NCBI GenBank assembly: GCA_040905385.1
Contig: JBBDRP010000002.1
Location: 395,526 to 459,525 of the forward strand
Source of the DNA: Minisyncoccota bacterium
GTDB lineage: Bacteria > Patescibacteriota > Minisyncoccia > Phycocordibacterales > SW-6-46-9
Direction: 5' to 3'
DNA: 64,000 bases
Under the pieces are notes generated by a model, which did not search any database, was not told where the DNA came from, and saw only the letters and a list, made by a program, of their open reading frames with translations. Each line of letters starts with the position of its first letter. Within the stretch, counting starts at the first letter, position 1. Shown piece after piece: positions 7,944-14,911 of this stretch. Both the position numbers and the translations under genes were made by a program.

Positions 7944-8642
7944 ATGCAATTCACAATAATTACAATATTTCCTGGCATGATCAAAGCCTATACCGACGAG
8001 TCGATCCTTGGTCGGGCGCAGGCAGATGGCCACATCCAGGTCGACATCATCGATCCGCGTGACTTTGCTGAAGACAAGCACAACAGTGTGGACGCACCGC
8101 CGTATGGTGGTGGACCAGGGATGGTCATGCAGGCCGAGCCGGTGCTACGCGCTGTTGAGAAAGCGCGTAGCGAGTCGAAAGTAGAAAGTAAAAAGTCGAA
8201 AGTCGTTGTATTATCGGCGCAAGGAAAGCAGTTCGATCGTCAGATGGCAAAGGGTACGGCAACAAGTATTGAGCATCTTATTTTGATCTGCGGGAGGTAC
8301 GAAGGGATTGACCGGCGAGTAATTGAAGCGCTGGAGGCCGAGGAAGTTTCGGTAGGGCCGTACATCCTTACTGGCGGTGAGTTGCCAGCACTGATCATGG
8401 TCGATGCGACCGCTCGGTTTGTATCAGGAGTACTTGGCAATGAGGAGTCCTTGGAGGATGAGCGTAGTGCCGGCACACACGTGTATACCCGACCAGAGAC
8501 CATTACCTATGAAGGCCAGGAGTATACGGTTCCGGAGGTACTAATGAGCGGTCACCACGCCGAGATCGAGGAGTGGCGAGCCCAGCAAGCCCCTCCTTCG
8601 CACAAGGCTTCGGAAGGGCGAAGGAAGAATCAGGAATCATGA
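7944..8642 (+). CDS. trmD: tRNA (guanine37-N1)-methyltransferase
   Basis: GGGPGMVMQAEPV, ICGRYEGIDRRV and ILTGGELPALIMVDA motifs; carries an in-frame heptamer-repeat insert encoding SESKVESKKSKV. Confidence 0.9.
   Translation: MQFTIITIFPGMIKAYTDESILGRAQADGHIQVDIIDPRDFAEDKHNSVDAPPYGGGPGMVMQAEPVLRAVEKARSESKVESKKSKVVVLSAQGKQFDRQMAKGTATSIEHLILICGRYEGIDRRVIEALEAEEVSVGPYILTGGELPALIMVDATARFVSGVLGNEESLEDERSAGTHVYTRPETITYEGQEYTVPEVLMSGHHAEIEEWRAQQAPPSHKASEGRRKNQES
8177..8204. repeat. Heptamer repeat array inside the trmD CDS (GAAAGTA GAAAGTA AAAAGTC GAAAGTC)
   Basis: Four in-frame 7-nt units of the GAAAGTN family encoding KVESKKSKV. Confidence 0.7.
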
Positions 8643-8722
8643 ATCCCGCTGAAAGCGAGGCTCCCCGAAGGCGGCAAGAAGAAAAGCCGTCTCGAAATGT
8701 ATCGAAACGACTTTAGTTACTA

Positions 8723-9142
8723 TTATTTTTGGAGATTATTTCCAATCCACATAGAGATAATCCAACCTGAAATTGCGTAAAGATTAAATATCAATCCTGG
8801 TAGGTAGTTGGCACCTACACTTGGTAATGTAAAAAGTGCTGCTGGAACCAAAAAGCTGACAACTATAAGATTAATAATTGCAGTTCGAGGTCTTTCTTTG
8901 CATTTCCAAAATCCGATCATTAGAAATGGAAAAGATGCAGTAAGAAGAGAAAAGCTTACAACCACTGGATTCTCTATACTTACGTTAAGAAGTGTGGAAA
9001 TTAATGACTCTTCTACTCCGGTAAGTAGCTGTACTAGAATAAGAAAGAATCCAATCATAAGCCAAGCTACTAGTATTACTGCAGGAACAAGAAGTATCTT
9101 TTCAACGGGTATCAACTGATTTTGTTTCTCGAAAGAAGTCAT
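8723..9142 (-). CDS. Hypothetical 4-TM membrane protein (paralog B; divergent from mnmA)
   Basis: 139-aa hydrophobic ORF; promoter region conserved with paralog A. Confidence 0.5.
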   Translation of the reverse strand: MTSFEKQNQLIPVEKILLVPAVILVAWLMIGFFLILVQLLTGVEESLISTLLNVSIENPVVVSFSLLTASFPFLMIGFWKCKERPRTAIINLIVVSFLVPAALFTLPSVGANYLPGLIFNLYAISGWIISMWIGNNLQK

Positions 9143-9184
9143 AAGACCTCCTTTTTTAAGAGTGAAAGATTATATCTGTATTTA

Positions 9185-9213
9185 TTAATACCACGAAAAT
9201 GATATACTCGCAA
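9185..9213 (-). promoter_or_regulatory. Sigma70-type promoter for 8723..9142 (TTGCGA-17-TATTAA on the minus strand)
   Basis: tttattaataccacgaaaatgatatactcgcaaggta matches the 7731-7765 block. Confidence 0.5.
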
Positions 9214-9278
9214 GGTAAGTAGGGTTACTTGCATTGGTAATAAAACACCTTCATGATTCCTCATTCTTATCTCTTAAT

Positions 9279-9311
9279 TCTTTCTACTTTAGACTTTTAA
9301 CTTTCTACTAA
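9279..9311. repeat. Heptamer repeat array (reverse orientation: TAGTAGAAAGTTAAAAGTCTAAAGTAGAAAGA) 5 nt upstream of the mnmA start
   Basis: Reverse complement of GAAAGTN-family units directly abutting the ATG at 9316. Confidence 0.6.
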
Positions 9312-9315
9312 TTTT

Positions 9316-10440
9316 ATGCTACCTAACTACATACAAAATATAGAAGATAAAGAAAACACGCACGTCTTCGTGGCAATGAGCGGCGGGGTGGACTCGTCTG
9401 TAGCCGCTTACCTCTTGAAGGAAGCTGGCTTTCAGGTGACTGGCTGTTTTATGACGGTCTGGCAGCCACCATTTCTTGACTGCTCGATGGAGAGCGAGCG
9501 ACAGGATGCGATGCGCGTGGCTGCTGAGCTCGAGATTGACTTTCAGACGGTGGATCTGGCTGAGGAGTACAAGACTCGTGTGGTCGACTACATGATTGCC
9601 GAGTACAAGGCGGGGCGGACACCTAACCCAGATGTGATGTGCAACGGTGAGATTAAATTTGGTGCTTTTTTTGACTGGGCGATGGATGAGGGAGCAGACT
9701 ATGTGGCGACTGGACATTATGCGCGGCTTCGCAAGTCGAAAGTAGAAAGTGGAAAGTCAAAGGTTGAATTACTAGCCGGAGTTGATGAGAAAAAGGATCA
9801 GACGTACTTTCTGTGGCAGGTACCAACCGATCGACTAGAAAAAACGATGTTTCCCATCGGTCATCTAGAGAAGTCACAAGTACGCGAAATCGCGACCGAA
9901 GCTCAGCTGCCAGTGGCAGACAAAAAAGACAGCCAGGGTCTGTGCTTTCTTGGCCAAGTTGACATGCCGACATTCCTCGCCGAGTTCACCGACCTGAAAC
10001 CCGGAGACGTGCTTAATGAAGCCGGCGAGGTCATCGGTACCCATGATGGGGCGGTGGTCTATACCATCGGCCAGCGACATGGTTTTAATATCCAGAAAAA
10101 GATGCCAGACAGTGGTCCGTGGTATGTCACCGACAAAGATACCGAAGCTAATACCATTACCGTCACCGAGGACAATACCATCGGTGGCGCCACCTTCAAC
10201 TGTCGTGAGATGAAGCTTACAAAGACAAACTGGATCAACGGCCAGCCCGAGGGTCGGCTGCAGGCACGAATCCGCTATAATCAAACGTTGCAGCCGTGTG
10301 AAGTTATGGAGAAGGACGGAGAAGTCGTTGTCACCTTTGATGAACCACTGCGGGCAGTGGCTGTGGGGCAGTCGTGTGTGGTTTATGATGGAGAGCACTG
10401 TCTGGGGGGAGGAATCATTGACATAATAAATATAGTGTAG
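9316..10440 (+). CDS. mnmA: tRNA-specific 2-thiouridylase
   Basis: PP-loop VAMSGGVDSSVAAYLL, catalytic Cys motifs; in-frame heptamer insert encoding KSKVESGKSKV. Confidence 0.9.
   Translation: MLPNYIQNIEDKENTHVFVAMSGGVDSSVAAYLLKEAGFQVTGCFMTVWQPPFLDCSMESERQDAMRVAAELEIDFQTVDLAEEYKTRVVDYMIAEYKAGRTPNPDVMCNGEIKFGAFFDWAMDEGADYVATGHYARLRKSKVESGKSKVELLAGVDEKKDQTYFLWQVPTDRLEKTMFPIGHLEKSQVREIATEAQLPVADKKDSQGLCFLGQVDMPTFLAEFTDLKPGDVLNEAGEVIGTHDGAVVYTIGQRHGFNIQKKMPDSGPWYVTDKDTEANTITVTEDNTIGGATFNCREMKLTKTNWINGQPEGRLQARIRYNQTLQPCEVMEKDGEVVVTFDEPLRAVAVGQSCVVYDGEHCLGGGIIDIINIV
9738..9765. repeat. Heptamer repeat array inside the mnmA CDS (GAAAGTA GAAAGTG GAAAGTC AAAGGTT)
   Basis: Same family as the arrays at 1932, 6704, 8177 and 17259. 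Confidence 0.7.
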
Positions 10441-10495
10441 TAATATTATTTTATAGCATTCTTTAAATAAAACAATAAGAAACGGAGGAACTACT

Positions 10496-11113
10496 ATGAA
10501 GAAAGTTATTTTCTTCTTAACACTCATTGTCACTGCAGCTACTGCTCCAGAGGCAACGGCACAGAGAGTTTTTAATTTCGAGTACGTCACGATGGGGAGT
10601 GGTGAAAGTGTAGTGGCTGATGGCATGTACTTCACAGCCACTGCATCACATGGTAATAATCTCTTAACCGCAGCTTTTACGCCAATAAGTGCAGAAGCCA
10701 GGTATCTAAGTAGTGATGTATTTGGAATCAACGGCCTCTATCTTGGCCCGTCAGGTGGCTTCATGAAAGGAGTTCCGTGGTTTGGTCCAATTGCAACGTA
10801 TTCGCCGATATCAGCGATAAGCTTGACCGCCTGGACTGGTGTCTCAGCTGGGGATGCTGCTCTCGGTGTTTTTGATCTAAAAAATCCAGAAATGGCTTTT
10901 CTGCAGCTAGATGCGATGATAAATTTTACAGAGAATCTTTATGTAGGGTTTAGTTATCTTGAATTTTCTGGTGACCATTATCTGCCATATGCTGGCGGTG
11001 AAATGTCATTAGGTAGTGCGATGGCAATCTTTGGTTCAATTACGCTTCCTGTGAAAGACGGTAAATTCGATGATCCCATGTTCTTTCTAGGCTTTCGTTT
11101 GGGATTTAATTAA
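10496..11113 (+). CDS. Hypothetical secreted protein
   Basis: Signal peptide MKKVIFFLTLIVTAATAPEATAQ; Gly/Ala-rich beta-type composition; terminator hairpin at about 11126-11159. Confidence 0.5.
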   Translation: MKKVIFFLTLIVTAATAPEATAQRVFNFEYVTMGSGESVVADGMYFTATASHGNNLLTAAFTPISAEARYLSSDVFGINGLYLGPSGGFMKGVPWFGPIATYSPISAISLTAWTGVSAGDAALGVFDLKNPEMAFLQLDAMINFTENLYVGFSYLEFSGDHYLPYAGGEMSLGSAMAIFGSITLPVKDGKFDDPMFFLGFRLGFN

Positions 11114-11196
11114 TTTTTTTTAACAAAGACACCTTGGCTTCACAGCTCTGGTGTCTTTTCATCTATATGTGGTGTATGCAGATAAAATGTACTTTT

Positions 11197-11228
11197 AACT
11201 TTACAGACCTTTGACTTTAGACTCTTTG
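11197..11228. repeat. Heptamer-family repeat (reverse orientation: ..GAGTCTAAAGTCAAAGGTCTGTAAAGTT) in the leader of 11250..12089
   Basis: Reverse complement of GAAAGTN-like units immediately upstream of the ATG at 11250. Confidence 0.5.
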
Positions 11229-11249
11229 TTCGTGATACAATTTATCTAT

Positions 11250-12089
11250 ATGAGTAAACGAATTATTGTTGAAAAGTATGACGGTACTAAGGAGCCGTTT
11301 GATGCAGAAAAGCTGCGCGAGTCGCTTGAGGAGTCTCAGACTCCGGAAGATCTGATTGATGATATTATTGCTACGATCGAGGCTGAGGTGGATGAGCAGA
11401 CGACGACGAAGGTTATCTACACACGAGCTTTCGATCTTCTGAAGGAGAAACGCCATTCGTACGCTGCCCGGTACTCATTACGTCAGGCATTAGCGGATCT
11501 AGGACCGACCGGGTATCCGTTCGAGCAGTTTGTAGCGCACATTTTTGAGGCCCAGGGATTTAAAACGACTGTTGGAGAGGTAATGCAGGGCTCATGCACG
11601 ACACATGAGATTGATGTAGTAGCAGAAAATGATGAGAAGCTGATTCTGGTAGAGGCAAAATTTCACAATGATCGGACAATTAAATCAGCACTGCAAACAG
11701 CCCTTTATGTTAGGGCTCGGTTTGATGATCTGCAGGATAACCATCATGACAAGTTTAAGGATGACGGAAAAAAGATTGAGCGCTGGCTGGTTACAAACAC
11801 AAAGTTCTCCAAGCAGGCTATTGAGTACGGCGAGTGTGCTGGTCTGCATATGGTTGGTTGGGGGCATCCAAAGCGGGGAAATCTAGAACATCTCATCACC
11901 GAGGCTGATCTACAGCCAGTCACCGCCCTAACAACACTATCTAATAGTCATAAGAGAGATCTTACGAAGCGAGGATTAGTTCTTTGTAAGAATATGCGTA
12001 ACGAGACGGACAAGCTTAAAGAGTTAGGTTTCAGTGATGAAAAAATTAAGGAGGTGTTGAATGAGGTCAATCATCTTTGTCAGTTATAA
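11250..12089 (+). CDS. ATP-cone domain fused to Mrr-like (PD-(D/E)XK) restriction endonuclease domain
   Basis: N-terminus RIIVEKYDGTKEPFDAEKLRESL..YSLRQ fits the ATP-cone pattern; GYPFEQFVAHIFEAQGF..THEIDVVAE..LILVEAKF..WLVTNTKFSKQA fits the Mrr catalytic domain; internal ATG chosen within ORF 11211. Confidence 0.6.
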   Translation: MSKRIIVEKYDGTKEPFDAEKLRESLEESQTPEDLIDDIIATIEAEVDEQTTTKVIYTRAFDLLKEKRHSYAARYSLRQALADLGPTGYPFEQFVAHIFEAQGFKTTVGEVMQGSCTTHEIDVVAENDEKLILVEAKFHNDRTIKSALQTALYVRARFDDLQDNHHDKFKDDGKKIERWLVTNTKFSKQAIEYGECAGLHMVGWGHPKRGNLEHLITEADLQPVTALTTLSNSHKRDLTKRGLVLCKNMRNETDKLKELGFSDEKIKEVLNEVNHLCQL

Positions 12090-12230
12090 TTGATTTATCA
12101 TTCATGGTATTGAATCGGTCACAGGTATACTAAAGTTGAACTATTTTTCACTTTTCACCCGGGCATAAAATCGTAGATTTCATTTTTGCGAAGAAAAATG
12201 TTTAACCGGGTAAACTTTTAACTAATTATC

Positions 12231-13025
12231 ATGTCTCAGTATTATCGCGTTCCGCGCACAAAATATAAGTTTAATCCCGAAAAGCCAGAGAGCTTCGAGC
12301 TTAGTCGGTCCAAAATTGATCTGTTTGTTGAGTGTCCACGTTGTTTTTATGTTGATATGCGGCTGGGAGTAAAGCGTGTTCCAGGTTATCCATTTACGCT
12401 AAACAATGCCGTTGATGAGCTAATGAAGCGTGAGTTTGATGAGTACCGAAAGGATGGCAAGACGCACCCTATCATGGAGGAGTATGGAATTGATGCGGTT
12501 CCATTTCAGCATGATGACCTTGAGGACTGGCGGCATCCGTTTACTGGTATTCGACGTAAACATGAAGCGACTGGATTTACTGTCTACGGTGCACCGGATG
12601 ACATCTGGAAGAATCCAGAAGGCCGGCTGGCGGTCGTGGATTACAAGGCCACTTCCAAGCAGGAGAAACTGAGCTTATCGGCCGACTGGCAGGGTGCCTG
12701 GAAGCGGCAGATGGAGGTGTACCAGTGGCTCTTGCGGGGGCAGGACTTTGATGTATCCGATCGCGGTTACTTTGTGTATGCAAACGCGGACAAGTCGCTG
12801 GCAGGGCTAAACGGATCGCTGCAGTTTGATCTGCAGATTCTGCCGTACGATGGCAGTGATGACTGGATTGATGAGACAATAGTTGCTATTGAGGAATGCT
12901 TGATGAGTGACGAGGTTCCACCGGCTGATGCCGAGTGTGACTACTGCACGTATCGAGAGGTCGCCAGCGAAGTCATCCAGAAAGCGGTTGAGGATGAGAA
13001 GCCGGATCAGGAGCTTCCATTTTAA
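12231..13025 (+). CDS. Cas4/RecB-like PD-(D/E)XK nuclease with Cys cluster (stand-alone, no CRISPR)
   Basis: VVDYKAT ((D/E)xK) and QMEVYQWLL (QxxxY) motifs; CPRC near the N-terminus and CDYC near the C-terminus suggest an Fe-S cluster. Confidence 0.55.
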   Translation: MSQYYRVPRTKYKFNPEKPESFELSRSKIDLFVECPRCFYVDMRLGVKRVPGYPFTLNNAVDELMKREFDEYRKDGKTHPIMEEYGIDAVPFQHDDLEDWRHPFTGIRRKHEATGFTVYGAPDDIWKNPEGRLAVVDYKATSKQEKLSLSADWQGAWKRQMEVYQWLLRGQDFDVSDRGYFVYANADKSLAGLNGSLQFDLQILPYDGSDDWIDETIVAIEECLMSDEVPPADAECDYCTYREVASEVIQKAVEDEKPDQELPF

Positions 13026-13027
13026 GT

Positions 13028-13288
13028 ATGTCTACAACGTTTTCAGATGCAGTTCTGGAATATGTTGCCAAAATACCAGCCGGTGAGGTGCGAACCTACG
13101 CCGAGGTCGCGGCGGCCTGCGCATCTCCGTTAGCATCACGAGCGGTAGGGTCGATTATGGCTAAAAATTTTAATCCTCAGGTTCCATGTCACCGGGTGAT
13201 TCGATCCGACGGTACGGTCGGAGACTATAATCGCGGTGGATCAGCGGCCAAGCGGAAGATTTTAGAGCGCGAAGGTGTTATGCTTTAG
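13028..13288 (+). CDS. ogt: Short methylated-DNA-protein-cysteine methyltransferase DNA-binding-domain protein (Ogt/ATL-like)
   Basis: VPCHRVI active-site motif in an 86-aa single-domain protein. Confidence 0.7.
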   Translation: MSTTFSDAVLEYVAKIPAGEVRTYAEVAAACASPLASRAVGSIMAKNFNPQVPCHRVIRSDGTVGDYNRGGSAAKRKILEREGVML

Positions 13289-13300
13289 GCGTCCAGGAAT

Positions 13301-13324
13301 CTAGGCTTTAGGCCTTTAGTAATT
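13301..13324. repeat. Octamer repeats in reverse orientation (CTAGGCTT TAGGCCTT TAGTAATT)
   Basis: TAGG-phased 8-mers, complementary orientation of the CCTA array 20 bp downstream. Confidence 0.5.
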
Positions 13325-13343
13325 CAATTTCATAGACTTTAAG

Positions 13344-13391
13344 CCTAGTAACCTAAATTCCTAGCAACCTAACTTCCTAGTAACCTAGACC
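13344..13391. repeat. Octamer tandem array CCTAGTAA CCTAAATT CCTAGCAA CCTAACTT CCTAGTAA CCTAGACC ending at the pcm start codon
   Basis: Six phased 8-nt units CCTARNNN ending at the base before the ATG at 13392; a sister array lies at 27662-27701. Confidence 0.7.
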
Positions 13392-14039
13392 ATGAATACT
13401 ACTGATATTTTTGCCGACAACTGGAAATCACACAATGACCTCGTCGATCGTCTTAAAGATGAGACGGGGGTACTGGAGACGCCGCGTATAGAGAGAGCCT
13501 TCAGAGAGATAGACCGCCGTGACTTTGTGCGTGATATGTATGATGTCGAGGCTTATGAAGACTATCCTATTCCGATTGGACAGGAGCAGACGATTTCGCA
13601 ACCTACGACGGTGGTCTACATGCTTGAGCTACTGTCACCACAAGAAGGTGATACGATTCTTGATGTTGGCTGTGGTTCTGGCTGGACGACAGCGCTGCTT
13701 GGAGAGATTGTTGGTCGACATGGTCGAGTGGTGGGCATGGAGATAATCGAGGAGCTGGCTGAATTTGGACAGAAGAATCTGGCTCGTTACGAGCTTCCGC
13801 AAGCTGAGATTCGTCATGGCAATCCACTCAAGGAAAAGCAGCCAGAAGCGCCGTTTTCGCGTATTCTGGTCTCGGCCGGAACTAATCATGTACCGAAAGC
13901 CTTAACCGACCAGCTGGCTGTAGGTGGAGTGATGGTGATTCCGATTGATGAGTCATTAGTGCAAGTTAAAAAGAAGTCTGATGATGAGCTGCTCCAGAAG
14001 GAGGTACCAGGCTTTGTTTTTGTACCGCTTCAGGAGTAA
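13392..14039 (+). CDS. pcm: Protein-L-isoaspartate O-methyltransferase
   Basis: TISQPTTVVYMLELL and ILDVGCGSGWTTALL SAM-binding motifs. Confidence 0.85.
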   Translation: MNTTDIFADNWKSHNDLVDRLKDETGVLETPRIERAFREIDRRDFVRDMYDVEAYEDYPIPIGQEQTISQPTTVVYMLELLSPQEGDTILDVGCGSGWTTALLGEIVGRHGRVVGMEIIEELAEFGQKNLARYELPQAEIRHGNPLKEKQPEAPFSRILVSAGTNHVPKALTDQLAVGGVMVIPIDESLVQVKKKSDDELLQKEVPGFVFVPLQE

Positions 14040-14044
14040 AGATT

Positions 14045-14722
14045 ATGAGCAACAAAGATAAAACTGCGGCATTAGAGGCGCTAAAGGACGAGGTGGTTGC
14101 CTTGGAAGCGTCGCCGCTGTATACGTACCGTCAGGAGCACGGTTATCTACCGGTGCTGGGTGAGGGAAGTCACGATGCTGATATTATGTTCATCGGTGAG
14201 GCTCCCGGAGAGAGCGAGGCCAAGACCGGTCGGCCATTTTGCGGACGAAGTGGGAAGCTTCTGGATGAGTTTTTGGAGCATATTAATCTTGATCGTGCGG
14301 ATGTGTACATCACCAATGTGCTGAAGGATCGCCCGCCAGAGAATCGTGATCCGCAAACGGACGAGATTGAGATTTATACGCCTTTTTTACGCCGGCAGAT
14401 CTCAATCATCCAGCCGAAGGTGATTGCTACGCTAGGTCGTTTCTCGATGGAGTTTATTGCCGATGAGTACGGTATCGAGCTGGATGGTACGATTACCCAG
14501 GTACGGGGTAAGATTTACGAGATAGACCCCGGTACCACGTCGTCTGACCCCGTAGAGGAATCAGAAAATTCCCACGAGGCAGGTGACGACGGCTACGGGG
14601 CAGGGGAGGATGGCCAGACGATTACCTTTATCCCGCTGTTTCATCCGGCCGTAGCGTTGTATGATGGTTCCAAGCGCGATGTGCTGAAGGAGGATTTTGA
14701 AACATTGGCCGACTTCACATAA
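14045..14722 (+). CDS. udg: Uracil-DNA glycosylase, family 4
   Basis: GEGSHDADIMFIGEAPGESEAKTGRPFCGRSGKLL and FIPLFHPA motifs; in-frame insert SSDPVEESENSHEAGDDGYGAGEDGQT before the HPA motif. Confidence 0.8.
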   Translation: MSNKDKTAALEALKDEVVALEASPLYTYRQEHGYLPVLGEGSHDADIMFIGEAPGESEAKTGRPFCGRSGKLLDEFLEHINLDRADVYITNVLKDRPPENRDPQTDEIEIYTPFLRRQISIIQPKVIATLGRFSMEFIADEYGIELDGTITQVRGKIYEIDPGTTSSDPVEESENSHEAGDDGYGAGEDGQTITFIPLFHPAVALYDGSKRDVLKEDFETLADFT

Positions 14723-14832
14723 ACGCTATAATAAATTGGGTGTGAAAAGCAAATACATCCAACGACTTGAATGAGCACCCGAAATCTTTTTTTTCTTGCT
14801 TGCAAGACAAAAGAACGGTTGTGTGAATTTAT

Positions 14833-14862
14833 GTCCGAATATTGCATGTAATATTCCTGGAC
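14833..14862. promoter_or_regulatory. 30-bp palindrome gtccGAATATTgcatgtAATATTCctggac upstream of pepF
   Basis: 7-bp inverted AATATT-containing half-sites with 6-bp spacer, flanked by gtcc/ggac; about 50 bp upstream of the ATG at 14912. Confidence 0.4.
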
Positions 14863-14911
14863 CAAGTCGGCACAGTTTTTAGTAAATAACTTGTCTTAAT
14901 AGATAAATTTT

